A stretch of 64,000 nt of DNA. It comes from an uncultured Gammaproteobacteria bacterium. GTDB lineage: Bacteria > Patescibacteriota > Microgenomatia > 2-02-FULL-39-11. A program made the position numbers and the translations under genes. The stretch lies in assembly GCA_964354025.1 (NCBI GenBank), contig CAYGXQ010000001.1, positions 70,567 through 134,566 of the forward strand. The letters run 5' to 3'. Shown one piece after another: positions 1-9,600 of this stretch; positions within the stretch are counted from its first letter, which is position 1, and each line of letters begins with the position of its first letter. The notes below the pieces were generated by a model. It was given only the letters and a program-made list of their open reading frames with translations, was not told the origin of the DNA and did not search any database.

Positions 1-2188
1 GCATGAAGGGATGAAGAAGTTTCAGGCAGACGGTGTAAACATGGATCAGTGTTATCAAAGCATTTTTATCAAGACTTTTTAATCTTTCCTTGATAGACTC
101 CAGATGTTTATCGGCCAGCGTGTGCCAGATGAAAGTGTAAAGGTCTTCGGCCGCCCGGCCGAAATGGTAATCTTCGATGGATTTGGTGGTTTCTTTGACT
201 AATTTGTCCAATTGGGAAGCTATTTTTTTATCTTCCGCTTTTAACTGTTTTTTTATTGTTTCGAAATCAGTCAGGGTTACCCCCTGTTCTTTGTAGGCAT
301 CGATATTCATCCTGATAAACCGGCCGATGTTCCAGAGCTTGTTGGTGAAATTTCTCATGCCGACGATTTTTTCTTCGCTTAAACAAATATCGCTGGCGGG
401 CGCCACGCCCATCACCAAAGCAAATCTCAAAGCATCGGCACCGTATTTTTGCGTTATCAGCAGAGGATCAATGACATTGCCTTTGCTTTTACTCATCTTC
501 TGGCCGAATTTATCAACCACTCTGGAGTGCAAATGGATAACTTTGAAAGGCACTTCACCGGTGACATAAAGTCCCAACATCATCATCTTGGCAACCCAGA
601 AAAAGAGGATATCCCAAAGGGTATCCAGGACGCCGGTCGGGTAAAAATATTTGAATTCGGATGAGCTGTTTTTGGGCTCGTTGATATTTATCCCGAGAGT
701 TGTTAGCGGCCATTGGCCGGAAAGAAACCAGGTGTCGAAAGTATCGGTTTCCTGCAGGATATTTGAACTGTGACATTTATCGCATTTTCCGCCGGAGAGT
801 TGATAGCTGGCCTCTTTATCAGCCATCATCGACTGCAATCCGCCATTGATTTCCTCTAAATGATATTTGTCTTTGAGATTTCTGAACGTGTCGTTGATCC
901 GCTCGCCTTTTTTGTTGATAAAATTTATTTTTATTTCCGGATTACAGTCGAGACAATACCAGACGGGAATTCTCGGTCCCCAGACGATTTGCCTACTGAT
1001 GTTCCAGTCGCGGATATTTTTCAGCCAGTCGAAATACATTTTCTCAAATCTTTTTTTTGGGATGATTTTCGTCCGGCCGGTTTTCACCGCCACAATAGCC
1101 GGCTTGGCCAATGGTTTCATCTTGATAAACCATTGGGGGATGACCATCGGTTCGATAGTCGTATGACAGCGGTAGCAGGTAGCCACACTATGGAGATAAT
1201 TCTCATCAACATGGTCGATCAAACCCATTTCTCTCATGGCCGCAAAAACAGCAGTTCTCGCCGGCGCCACTTTCATGCCGGCAAACCTGCCGGCCAGTTC
1301 ATTTAACCGGCCGTTCAGATCAATGACTTTTTTGACCGGTAAATTATGTCTTTGGCCGATTTCAAAATCCATGGCATCGTGTCCGGGAGTGACTTTCTCT
1401 ATCCCGGTGCCGAATTTGGGATCGATCGCCTCGTCGGCAACCACTTTGACTTTAAAAGGACCGTTAACGCCTTTGATTTCTATTTCCTGCCCCAGATATT
1501 TCAGGTATCTTTTATCGCCCGGGTGGAAAGCCACTGCCGTATCGCCGAATTTGGTTTCCGGCCGGGTAGTCGCCAAAACAAAAGGACCGTATTTTAGGAA
1601 GTAGAGCGGGTCCTTTCTTTCAACATATTCGATTTCCAGATCGGAAAAGGCCGTGCCGCATTTGGTGCAAAAATTGACGATCCGTTCCCCCCGGTAAATT
1701 AAACCGTCTTGGTGGAGTTTGCGGAAAGTGGCCATCACTTTTTCGACGATTTCCGGCTCCAGACTGTAGTGGTACCTGGTCCAATCAAGCGAGAACCCGA
1801 GTTTTTTGAGCTGGTCGCGGTTGATAGCCCGGTTTTTCTCCACGAATTCCCAAATCATTTTATAAAGGGTATCGCGGTCAAAATCAAAACGGCTTTTATC
1901 CTGTTTGGCCAGATGTTTTTCAAAGACAAACTGGGTTTCGATTCCCGCGTGGTCAGCCCCAGGCAGCCAAAGGGTTGGGCTGCCTAACATCCGGTGGTAG
2001 CGGATCATGATGTCCTGGATGGTGAAAAGGGCATGTCCCATGTGCATCGGATCATTGGCGTTTGGCAGAGGCAAAAGGATAGTAAAGGGCTTTTTATTGT
2101 TATCAATTTTCGGAATAAAATAGCCGGCCTTTTCCCAAAGCTGGTACCATTTGTCCTCAATCGTGTTGGCTTTATAGACTTTATCCAT
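1..2188 (-). CDS. valS: valyl-tRNA synthetase, 3' part truncated by window start
   Basis: Manual minus-strand translation from ATG at 2188: MDKVYKANTIEDKWYQLWEKAGYF..., PMHMGHA (HIGH-like), PGADHAGIETQ, ATTRPET, DPKFGTG..VTPGHD, KMSKSKGNVIDP (KMSKS). Class I ValS signature order. Confidence 0.85.
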   Translation of the reverse strand, partial: MDKVYKANTIEDKWYQLWEKAGYFIPKIDNNKKPFTILLPLPNANDPMHMGHALFTIQDIMIRYHRMLGSPTLWLPGADHAGIETQFVFEKHLAKQDKSRFDFDRDTLYKMIWEFVEKNRAINRDQLKKLGFSLDWTRYHYSLEPEIVEKVMATFRKLHQDGLIYRGERIVNFCTKCGTAFSDLEIEYVERKDPLYFLKYGPFVLATTRPETKFGDTAVAFHPGDKRYLKYLGQEIEIKGVNGPFKVKVVADEAIDPKFGTGIEKVTPGHDAMDFEIGQRHNLPVKKVIDLNGRLNELAGRFAGMKVAPARTAVFAAMREMGLIDHVDENYLHSVATCYRCHTTIEPMVIPQWFIKMKPLAKPAIVAVKTGRTKIIPKKRFEKMYFDWLKNIRDWNISRQIVWGPRIPVWYCLDCNPEIKINFINKKGERINDTFRNLKDKYHLEEINGGLQSMMADKEASYQLSGGKCDKCHSSNILQETDTFDTWFLSGQWPLTTLGININEPKNSSSEFKYFYPTGVLDTLWDILFFWVAKMMMLGLYVTGEVPFKVIHLHSRVVDKFGQKMSKSKGNVIDPLLITQKYGADALRFALVMGVAPASDICLSEEKIVGMRNFTNKLWNIGRFIRMNIDAYKEQGVTLTDFETIKKQLKAEDKKIASQLDKLVKETTKSIEDYHFGRAAEDLYTFIWHTLADKHLESIKERLKSLDKNALITLIHVYTVCLKLLHPFM

Positions 2189-2218
2189 AAGTAATTTTCG
2201 TTTATTATAATCGCCAGG

Positions 2219-3310
2219 CTATCCAACTTCAACTTCCAAGTCCGGACGGGCCTGAATTTCTCTCCAGAGTACCGGGTGGTTGTGGAAATAAGCGTAACTG
2301 GCGATATAGCTGGCGTTGTCAGTGCAAAGGGAAGGAGGAGGAATATATAAATCAATTTTTAATTTTAAATTTTCAATTTTTAATTTGAACTTTTCCGTTA
2401 ACCGTTTATTAGCAGCGACACCGCCACCGAGGAGAATGGATTTCACCCGATATTTTTCGGCGGCTTTCAGGGTTTTATCCACGAGGACGTCAGTAATCGC
2501 TTCCTGGATTTCGTAAGATAGTTGTTGAATGGTGTAAGAATTAAGTTTCTTAAGTGCCTTAAGTTTATTTACTTCTCTTAAAACCGCGGTCTTCAGTCCG
2601 GAAAAGGAAAAATCAAAATTATCTTCATGCATCATCGGTCGGGGAAGTTTCACAATGTCATGCTGAACTCGTCCTGATTTAATCGGGATAAATTCAGGAT
2701 GATCATTACAGAACTTTGCAGCAGCATCTGCAATAGCTGGTCCACCGGGGTATCCAAGTCCCAAAAGTCTGGCAGTTTTGTCAAAAGTTTCTCCGGCCGC
2801 ATCATCGCGGGTCCCGCCGAGCCATATAATATCCCGGTGATTTTTCATCAAAAATAATTCCGTGTGTCCGCCGGAGACAACCAAAGCGATGGCTGGAAAA
2901 GAAGGAGGTTTTTCGACATCAAGCCAGTTGGCGTAAAGATGGGCCAGGACATGGTTGACCGGAATAATCGGTTTACCGGTAAGATAAACGATGGTTTTGG
3001 CTGTTTCTACGCCGACTAAAAGCGAACCGATTAAACCCGGTCCAATGGTTACTGCGATGGCGTCGATTTTTTCAATTGTTGCATTGTTGCATTGCTTGCC
3101 CTGAGCGGAGTCGAAGGGTTTCATTGTTTCATTTATTACGGGTATCATACACTTCACCTGTTCCCGGGCGGCCACTTCCGGAATAATCCCGCCGGTTTTC
3201 GTATGCAGGTCTTTTGAAGAGGAAACCACGTTGGAGAGAATTTTGACACCGTCCTCCACCAAAGCCGCAGCGGTTTCGTCACATGATGTTTCAATGCCTA
3301 AAATAATCAT
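2219..3310 (-). CDS. tsaD: tRNA N6-adenosine threonylcarbamoyltransferase TsaD (Kae1/YgjD family)
   Basis: MIILGIETSCDETAAAL..., AIAVTIGPGLIGSLLVG, VSGGHTELF. Start taken at internal Met (ATG 3308-3310) rather than the long ORF start that overlaps the upstream gene. Contains an in-frame repeat-derived insertion PFDSAQGKQ. Confidence 0.85.
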   Translation of the reverse strand: MIILGIETSCDETAAALVEDGVKILSNVVSSSKDLHTKTGGIIPEVAAREQVKCMIPVINETMKPFDSAQGKQCNNATIEKIDAIAVTIGPGLIGSLLVGVETAKTIVYLTGKPIIPVNHVLAHLYANWLDVEKPPSFPAIALVVSGGHTELFLMKNHRDIIWLGGTRDDAAGETFDKTARLLGLGYPGGPAIADAAAKFCNDHPEFIPIKSGRVQHDIVKLPRPMMHEDNFDFSFSGLKTAVLREVNKLKALKKLNSYTIQQLSYEIQEAITDVLVDKTLKAAEKYRVKSILLGGGVAANKRLTEKFKLKIENLKLKIDLYIPPPSLCTDNASYIASYAYFHNHPVLWREIQARPDLEVEVG

Positions 3311-3315
3311 AGGAA

Positions 3316-3771
3316 TTAATCTATTCTTAAAATTTTTGCCAGTTTTGAAGAGGAATAATTTTGGAAAAAAGGAATGATCCGCATTATTGCTCCGCAACTT
3401 TCCGCCTGGTTTTTCTTTCGCTCAAGGAGCGGATCATTTCCGGTAGCGGCGATGACAGCCGGTTTGATTTGCTGAATAATCTTGTCATATTCCGGATCGT
3501 TTTTCAGATACGGTAACAAGATTACATAATCAACAATGGTAAGTGAGGTGAGCATTTCCGCTCTTTCTTTTTGGTTGAAAATCGGTCGGGAAATTCCTTT
3601 CAGTATTTTTGCCTTCTTGTCACTTTCCAAAAGAATCACCAGTCTTTCGCCCCTTTTTTTGGCAGCCCGGAAGAAACGCAGATGGCCGGGATGGAGAAGA
3701 TCAAAACAGCCGCCGGCTAAAACAATATTATTTATTTTTTTTACCTCTTGTAAAGAAATGATTTTTGCCAT
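3316..3771 (-). CDS. RfaE/HldE domain II-like nucleotidyltransferase (cytidylyltransferase fold, HxGH motif)
   Basis: GGCFDLLHPGH and KILKGISRPI resemble the ADP-heptose synthase adenylyltransferase domain (CFDILHAGH ... KRLKGDSRPV). Confidence 0.6.
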   Translation of the reverse strand: MAKIISLQEVKKINNIVLAGGCFDLLHPGHLRFFRAAKKRGERLVILLESDKKAKILKGISRPIFNQKERAEMLTSLTIVDYVILLPYLKNDPEYDKIIQQIKPAVIAATGNDPLLERKKNQAESCGAIMRIIPFFQNYSSSKLAKILRID

Positions 3772-3785
3772 ATCTTCAAACTAAA

Positions 3786-5387
3786 ATGAAATTGTATAAA
3801 TATCCGCTGCTTTTTATTGTATTACTTTTTACCTTTGTCGTTTTTTTCCACTCAGACGGAGCCATCTTACAGGATTTGGGCCGCCATCTGACTTTGGGAA
3901 AAATTATCTGGCAAACCGGAAAAATCCCCGCCACCAATTTATTTTCCTATACTTATCCCGACTTTCCCGTTCTTGATCATCACTGGGGCAGCCAAGTGTT
4001 ATTTTACCTTGTTGAAGTGGCTTTTTCCATCAATGGCCTGATTATCCTGAAATTATTATTGGTGATGGCCGCCGTCGGTCTCGTTTCCTTCTTTACAGTT
4101 AAACGGGGAGACGGATTGGCATATCTGATCTCCGGTTTTTTGGCTCTTGAGATTTTGCGCGACCGGACGCAGATCCGGCCGGAGATATTTGCCTTTTTGT
4201 TTTTTTCGATTTTTTTAGTCATTTTATACAGAGAAAAAGAAAAACCGGGAAGGGGGATTTGGCTGCTGCCTCTCGTCGAAATCCTTTGGACAAACCTGCA
4301 CATCAGTTTTGTATACGGTTTGGCGGTCTTCGGTTGTTTCGCCCTGGAGAGAATACTGATGGCAAAATTCAGAAAGCATTATCTATATATAGGATTAGCG
4401 TTAGCCGTGTCGGTTTTGATAAACCCCTACGGCATAAACGGCGCTTTATACCCTCTGCGGATTTTCCAAAATTACGGCTATCCGATCGTTGAGAACCAGT
4501 CGGTCCTTTTTCTTTCTTCAATGATAAAAAATAATGCCCTTTTCTATTTTAAAGCTGCGGCAATAATATTTCTTGGCATATTGCCGTTATTAATATTTAA
4601 AAAGAAATATTTTGAATTATTGACCGCCGGACTTTTTTGCGGTTTATCCTGGCTGGCGGTAAGGAATTTCCCCTTTTTCGCCATTTCTTTTATTTATCCT
4701 TTGTCTTTAGGCGTCAGTTATTTATTGGAGAAAATTAAAGAAAACAAAATCCTCCCGCCGGACAATTTTCAACTGCTGCGGATTTTTTCTGTTTTGGCGT
4801 TAATCATTTTTGTCTTTTGGGAAATGTATCTGACGGTTTCCAATAAATACTATGATGCTTATAGCGCGCCGGTGCGATTTGGCTTGGGACAAGTCAGCGG
4901 GGAAAAAGGAGCGCTTGATTATTTTTTGGCCAACAACCTGAAAGGCCCGGTCTATAACAGTTTTGATAACGGCAGTTACCTCATCTACCGGTTGTATCCG
5001 AAGGAAAGAGTTTTTACCGACGGCCGGCCGGAGGCCTATCCGGCTGATTTTTTTCAAAAAACCTATATTCCAATGCAGGAAAAAGAAGAGGTCTGGAGAG
5101 AGATTGACCGGAAATACCAGTTTCAGACGATTATTTTTCCCCATACGGATGCGACTCCCTGGGGGAAAAATTTCTTGAAAAGGATCGTTAATGACGGGAA
5201 TTGGCAAGTCAGATATTTGGATGATTATTCGCTGGTTCTTTCACGAAGGGCAGGAACGGTGAAAGACAGCGGTGCTCAAAATTTGGCCGAGATAAAAAAA
5301 CAGGGTCTGGAGTTATTTAAAAAGATAAATCAACAGGATGGCATAAACCGTTTGCGGAGTTTCTTTGATCTGATAGGACTCCGTTAA
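3786..5387 (+). CDS. polytopic membrane protein with C-terminal soluble domain, unknown function (possibly GT-C like)
   Basis: Long ORF, multiple hydrophobic segments in N-terminal two thirds. ATG at 3786 preferred over the TTG at 3765 used by the track. Confidence 0.5.
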   Translation: MKLYKYPLLFIVLLFTFVVFFHSDGAILQDLGRHLTLGKIIWQTGKIPATNLFSYTYPDFPVLDHHWGSQVLFYLVEVAFSINGLIILKLLLVMAAVGLVSFFTVKRGDGLAYLISGFLALEILRDRTQIRPEIFAFLFFSIFLVILYREKEKPGRGIWLLPLVEILWTNLHISFVYGLAVFGCFALERILMAKFRKHYLYIGLALAVSVLINPYGINGALYPLRIFQNYGYPIVENQSVLFLSSMIKNNALFYFKAAAIIFLGILPLLIFKKKYFELLTAGLFCGLSWLAVRNFPFFAISFIYPLSLGVSYLLEKIKENKILPPDNFQLLRIFSVLALIIFVFWEMYLTVSNKYYDAYSAPVRFGLGQVSGEKGALDYFLANNLKGPVYNSFDNGSYLIYRLYPKERVFTDGRPEAYPADFFQKTYIPMQEKEEVWREIDRKYQFQTIIFPHTDATPWGKNFLKRIVNDGNWQVRYLDDYSLVLSRRAGTVKDSGAQNLAEIKKQGLELFKKINQQDGINRLRSFFDLIGLR

Positions 5388-5390
5388 TGG

Positions 5391-6854
5391 TTATGTCTTA
5401 GTTCCATGCAGGAAGACTGCCTGCCAGGGTTGGTAATTGGAATAATAAGTGGTTTGAATAAGCGTTTCTCCGTTTCTGGTGACTTTATAATCAAAGTTAA
5501 CTTTAGCGCCCCAGGCTTTCCAGTCAACCTGTTTAACCGTACCTACCGGCAGGGTCGGGTCATCCTGATTAAGGTCCGGCGGCGGCGGATTCGAGGAAGT
5601 GATGACCGATTTGGAGATTTCCGCCTTTCTGCCATCAGCGGTTCCGTATATTTCAAAGGTTAAAGCGAAATTACCCGGATCCGGTTTGGCCTGGATAAGA
5701 ATATAATTTGGGGTGTCATTTTTGAATTTCAGGTCATAGCTGGGAGCAAAAACAGTGGCGTCAATCCCTGGCGGGGTACCCTGTTCGTAATAGCTAACCC
5801 GGTAGGAATGGGCATGGCGTTCAGTAACCGGCAGTCCGGCATTTAAGATGGCCCGAAAAAGTGTGGTGGAAACCTGGCAGACGCCGCCGCCGTCTCCCAG
5901 GACTGTCCGGCCGTCTTTGATGATGTAAGCCGGCTGGAAACCGGTACTCCCTGAGACGTCTCCCAAGGTGTCGTTAAAAGAAAAAATTTCGCCCGGCGGC
6001 AGCAGATGGCCGTTGATCCGGGAAGCCGCCAGGACGATATTGTGAATCCGGCCGGGGATGGAACCGGCATATTTGGAAGTGCCGACGCTTAAAAGTTCTT
6101 TGACGCCAAAATTATTGGAATCCTCAGTCGTAATCTGCGGCCTGACGGTTTTCACCGGCAGGTCAATGGCGATATTTTGAGGCTCAAACTGCGTTTGATT
6201 ATTTAAGGTATCGATATAGGAAGCAATCATCTGTTTCGTCTGCTGCTGGTCCAATTGCCGGCCCGGTTTTGACATTTTGAAAACAGAGACTTTGCCTTTT
6301 TCAAACTGGAAGAGGGCATCTTCGGTCGGGATATCGATACTGGTGGCCATAGAGGAAACGGTATCGTCGATAAGACCGGTATCCATGCGAAGAACGCTGG
6401 TTAAGTTGATGCCGATGGTAGCCCCTTTCCATTTCTGGTATAAGTCTGAAAAAATATGGCCTGAGCGTCCGATAGAATAAGCCTGTGTAGCCGAAAGTTT
6501 GGCATCATAGGCGATATTCAAATTCCGGCCGGAGATAGTGGCGATTTTATCTTCAAAAACGAGAGTGAATTTCAGGAGGGCAAACGGCAGGTTTTTCCGG
6601 TTATAGTAATCTTCGACCTCGGCCGGAGTTTTTCCCCCGTATGAGATTTTATCCACTCTGACCCCGGGATAGATTTTTCCCTGAAAATTTTTTTCAAAAT
6701 AATAATAACCGCCAAAAACAAGAATAATTGTTAGAAACACTAAAATGAGAATCAGATAAAAAAGGTAAGCAATAAAAGAAAAGCGGCCGGCAGGCTTAAT
6801 ATCAGGCTTTTGTTCATGAAGATGGGTTTTGGCGGATTTCTTTTCCTTGACCAT
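5391..6854 (-). CDS. VanW family protein, N-terminal TM anchor
   Basis: GGGVCQVSTTLFRAILNAGLPVTERHAHSYRVSYY matches the conserved VanW core. Hydrophobic helix near the N-terminus. Confidence 0.7.
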   Translation of the reverse strand: MVKEKKSAKTHLHEQKPDIKPAGRFSFIAYLFYLILILVFLTIILVFGGYYYFEKNFQGKIYPGVRVDKISYGGKTPAEVEDYYNRKNLPFALLKFTLVFEDKIATISGRNLNIAYDAKLSATQAYSIGRSGHIFSDLYQKWKGATIGINLTSVLRMDTGLIDDTVSSMATSIDIPTEDALFQFEKGKVSVFKMSKPGRQLDQQQTKQMIASYIDTLNNQTQFEPQNIAIDLPVKTVRPQITTEDSNNFGVKELLSVGTSKYAGSIPGRIHNIVLAASRINGHLLPPGEIFSFNDTLGDVSGSTGFQPAYIIKDGRTVLGDGGGVCQVSTTLFRAILNAGLPVTERHAHSYRVSYYEQGTPPGIDATVFAPSYDLKFKNDTPNYILIQAKPDPGNFALTFEIYGTADGRKAEISKSVITSSNPPPPDLNQDDPTLPVGTVKQVDWKAWGAKVNFDYKVTRNGETLIQTTYYSNYQPWQAVFLHGTKT

Positions 6855-6885
6855 GAGCTTCGTTTGCGGTTATCATAACATAAGG

Positions 6886-8484
6886 ATGAATAATAATACA
6901 CCTTCACCTTCGGGAGAAATCTTTTCCGGCGGCAACGTCAATAACGCTTCTTACCAGGAAGCATTAAACGTGACCCAGGACAACGAAGTGGCTCAAGCTC
7001 TGACTGACCAGCCGCAAGACCAACCGGGAGCGCAGGCAAACCCGAGTAATTCCGAAGGTTCAAGCGGTTTTCCCAATTATCCTTCCGGCAATCAGCCCAA
7101 TGTTCCATCGTCTGCCGAAGGCCCGCCGCCGTTTGTCGAGAATAACGCCAAGAAATTCCTGATTATCGGAGGAGTGATTGTTCTGCTTGTCATTTTCATC
7201 TTTCTGCTGTTTAAATTTCTCTCGGGCCGGTTTGCCAAACCGCCTGCACAGGCAAAAATCAATCTCACTTATTGGGGCCTTTGGGAGGAAGAGACAGTCA
7301 TCCGGCCGTTTATCGACGAATTCCAAAAGTCACATCCCAACATCACGGTTTCTTACAGCCGTCAGGACCCCAAACAATACCGGGAAAGACTGCAGGCGGC
7401 CATTTCCCGCGGTGAAGGCCCGGATCTTTTCCGCTTTCACAATACCTGGGTGCCGATGTTACTCGGAGAATTGGCGCCGATGCCCAAAACCGTTTATTCC
7501 GATAGCGACTTCGAAAAGATTTTTTATCCGGTGGCCGCTGAAAGTTTAAAAACCGGAGGCAATTTTTACGGGATACCTCTCATGATAGACGGTTTACTGC
7601 TTTTTTATAATGAAGACATATTAAAAAGCGCCAATGTTTCTGTCCCTGTCACCTGGGTTGATGTCCAAAACGCCGTCCCGAAATTGACCGTTAAGGAAGG
7701 TAACCGGATTGTCACTTCTGCCATTGCCCTGGGGACGGCTGAAAACATCGAACATTTCAGCGATATTTTGGGACTAATGATGTTGCAAAACGGGACCCAA
7801 CCGGTAAAATCCGTTTTCACCTGCACAGATCCGGCCAGCACCACCTGCGCGGTAGAAGCGCTTACCTTTTACCGCAAATTTGCCGAGACGCCAAATAATG
7901 CCTGGGATGCCACTTTGGAAAACTCCATTGTCGCTTTCGCCGGAGGGAAAGTGGCAATGATCCTTGCGCCCAGCTGGGAGGCGATTACCATCAAAAATCT
8001 CAGCCCCAATCTGAATTTCAAGACTGCCCAGGTACCGCAGCTTCCCTGTGACCGGACGCCCTGTCCGACGTTGAACTGGGCCAGTTTTTGGGTGGAAGGG
8101 GTTTCGGCAAAAAGCAAAAATCAGGAAGCGGCCTGGGAATTTTTGAAATATCTTTCTCAACCGGAAACGATGCAGAAAATGTATGCCGAGCAGGTGAAAC
8201 TGCGGCCGCTTTTCGGTGAACCTTACTCCCGGACGGATCTGGCCAAACTTTTGGCGGACAACGTTTACCTGGCGCCGCTTATTGTTTCGGCGCCGACGAT
8301 GAAATCCTTTTATCTTGCCTCGCGCACTTTTGACGGAGAAACCGGTTTGAATACTTCCCTTATCAATTACCTCAAAGACGCGGTTAATTCGCTTTCCCAA
8401 GGCACCAGTGTCGAGACGGCTTTAAAGACAGTCGACGATGGTTTCAAACAGGTGTTTGCCCGGTTTAACATCGGGGCCCCCTAG
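6886..8484 (+). CDS. membrane-anchored extracellular solute-binding protein (ABC transporter SBP family 1-like)
   Basis: Low-complexity N-terminal tail and one TM helix, then a domain with SBP-like layout (KINLTYWGLWEEE...). ATG 6886 with AAGG upstream; the track start at 6829 overlaps the convergent VanW gene. Confidence 0.55.
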   Translation: MNNNTPSPSGEIFSGGNVNNASYQEALNVTQDNEVAQALTDQPQDQPGAQANPSNSEGSSGFPNYPSGNQPNVPSSAEGPPPFVENNAKKFLIIGGVIVLLVIFIFLLFKFLSGRFAKPPAQAKINLTYWGLWEEETVIRPFIDEFQKSHPNITVSYSRQDPKQYRERLQAAISRGEGPDLFRFHNTWVPMLLGELAPMPKTVYSDSDFEKIFYPVAAESLKTGGNFYGIPLMIDGLLLFYNEDILKSANVSVPVTWVDVQNAVPKLTVKEGNRIVTSAIALGTAENIEHFSDILGLMMLQNGTQPVKSVFTCTDPASTTCAVEALTFYRKFAETPNNAWDATLENSIVAFAGGKVAMILAPSWEAITIKNLSPNLNFKTAQVPQLPCDRTPCPTLNWASFWVEGVSAKSKNQEAAWEFLKYLSQPETMQKMYAEQVKLRPLFGEPYSRTDLAKLLADNVYLAPLIVSAPTMKSFYLASRTFDGETGLNTSLINYLKDAVNSLSQGTSVETALKTVDDGFKQVFARFNIGAP

Positions 8485-8586
8485 TACTGTATTTCGTTAA
8501 TTTCGCGGCATTATTAGTGTTATGATAGATCGGTACAAAGGTTCAAAGAAAAATCTTTACACCGGAATATTCACGAAATACAGTAC
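8484..8586. repeat. MITE-like element bounded by perfect 14-bp terminal inverted repeats
   Basis: gtactgtatttcgt (8484-8497) and acgaaatacagtac (8573-8586) are exact reverse complements enclosing about 75 bp of AT-rich sequence. Confidence 0.6.
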
Positions 8587-8597
8587 AAGTAATTCTT

Positions 8598-9572
8598 ATG
8601 CCGCGACCACTTGAAAAAGCGATCATGAAAACTCTCATTTATGCTGATCTTTTTGATTATCCATTAACTAAGGAGGAGATTTGGAGAAGGTTGATAAAAT
8701 TACAAATTACAAATGATAAATTACAAATTAAATTAAAAAAATTAATAAATTCAATATTATTTGGGAAAAAAGAGAAATATTATTATTTGGTAGGGAGAGA
8801 GGAAATTATTCAATTGCGGAAAAGAAGGGAGAAATATTCGGAAGAAAAAGTAAAGATAGCCAGGCGGATTGCTAAACTTCTTAAATTTATTCCATTTGTT
8901 AAATTGGTCGGCTTGACCGGAGCGGTGGCCGCAGGAAACGCCGATGAAGATGATGATATCGATTTACTGATTATTACTTCGGGGAATTTGTTGTGGACGA
9001 CGCGTCTATTAGTTACTTTATCAGTTGATCTGATGGGACTTCGGCGAAGACCTGATGATAAAAAAGTGAAAAACAAAATCTGTTTAAATATGTTTATAGA
9101 TGAAAATTATTTGGCAATTGGTAAAGATGAAAGGGATTTGTTTACCGCTTACGAAATCACTCAGATGAAACCGCTGTTTGAAAAAAACCAGATATACAAG
9201 AGATTTATAAAAGCAAATGATTGGGTGGGAAAATATTTACCTAACGCTTTCAATGAACTAAGTACTTGTCCCATTGTCATCCCGACCGACCACAAGCGTG
9301 TAAACCACTTGTGGGAGTGGAGGGATCTTCCATATTCCGGAAGTTGGAAGATTCCTCCCCGATGGCCATCGGGACTCGGAATGACACTTTTTCGCTTGCT
9401 GGAAATACCAAGCAAGCGACTACAGCTTATATATATGAAAAAACGGCGCACGACCGAGAAAATCAAAACCGGAGTAATCCGATTTCACCCGAGGGATATC
9501 AGAAAGGAAATAATGAAACGGTTTGAGACGAGAGCCAAATCCCCCCTTGACAAGGTTTTTTTCACTGAGTAA
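8598..9572 (+). CDS. nucleotidyltransferase-domain protein (Pol beta superfamily) carrying two in-frame repeat insertions
   Basis: GLTGAVAAGNADEDDDIDLLII fits the GS-x(n)-DxD NTase motif. Residues KLQITNDKLQIKLKK are coded by the ttacaaattacaaat repeat (8697-8753). Residues CPIVIPTDHKRVNHLWEWRDL...LGMT are coded by a family-1 structured repeat (9276-9386). Confidence 0.55.
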   Translation: MPRPLEKAIMKTLIYADLFDYPLTKEEIWRRLIKLQITNDKLQIKLKKLINSILFGKKEKYYYLVGREEIIQLRKRREKYSEEKVKIARRIAKLLKFIPFVKLVGLTGAVAAGNADEDDDIDLLIITSGNLLWTTRLLVTLSVDLMGLRRRPDDKKVKNKICLNMFIDENYLAIGKDERDLFTAYEITQMKPLFEKNQIYKRFIKANDWVGKYLPNAFNELSTCPIVIPTDHKRVNHLWEWRDLPYSGSWKIPPRWPSGLGMTLFRLLEIPSKRLQLIYMKKRRTTEKIKTGVIRFHPRDIRKEIMKRFETRAKSPLDKVFFTE

Positions 9573-9600
9573 AATAGCACTCATCACAAGAAAGTGCCAA
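9547..9600 (+). promoter_or_regulatory. sigma70-like promoter (TTGACA-17-TAAAAT) overlapping a degenerate CIRCE operator upstream of groES
   Basis: TTGACA 9547-9552, TAAAAT 9570-9575. aTAGCACTC-N9-aAGTGCcAA at 9574-9600 matches the CIRCE consensus TTAGCACTC-N9-GAGTGCTAA at 15 of 18 positions. hrcA is present in the window. Confidence 0.6.

Noticed and set aside
327-2194. Many 60-150 aa plus-strand ORFs in the track
   Set aside because: They overlap the continuous minus-strand valS reading frame, which has unmistakable class I aaRS motifs. They are antisense noise.
7774-8400. 208-aa minus-strand ORF
   Set aside because: It lies entirely inside the solute-binding protein gene on the opposite strand and has a basic, low-complexity composition typical of antisense artefacts.
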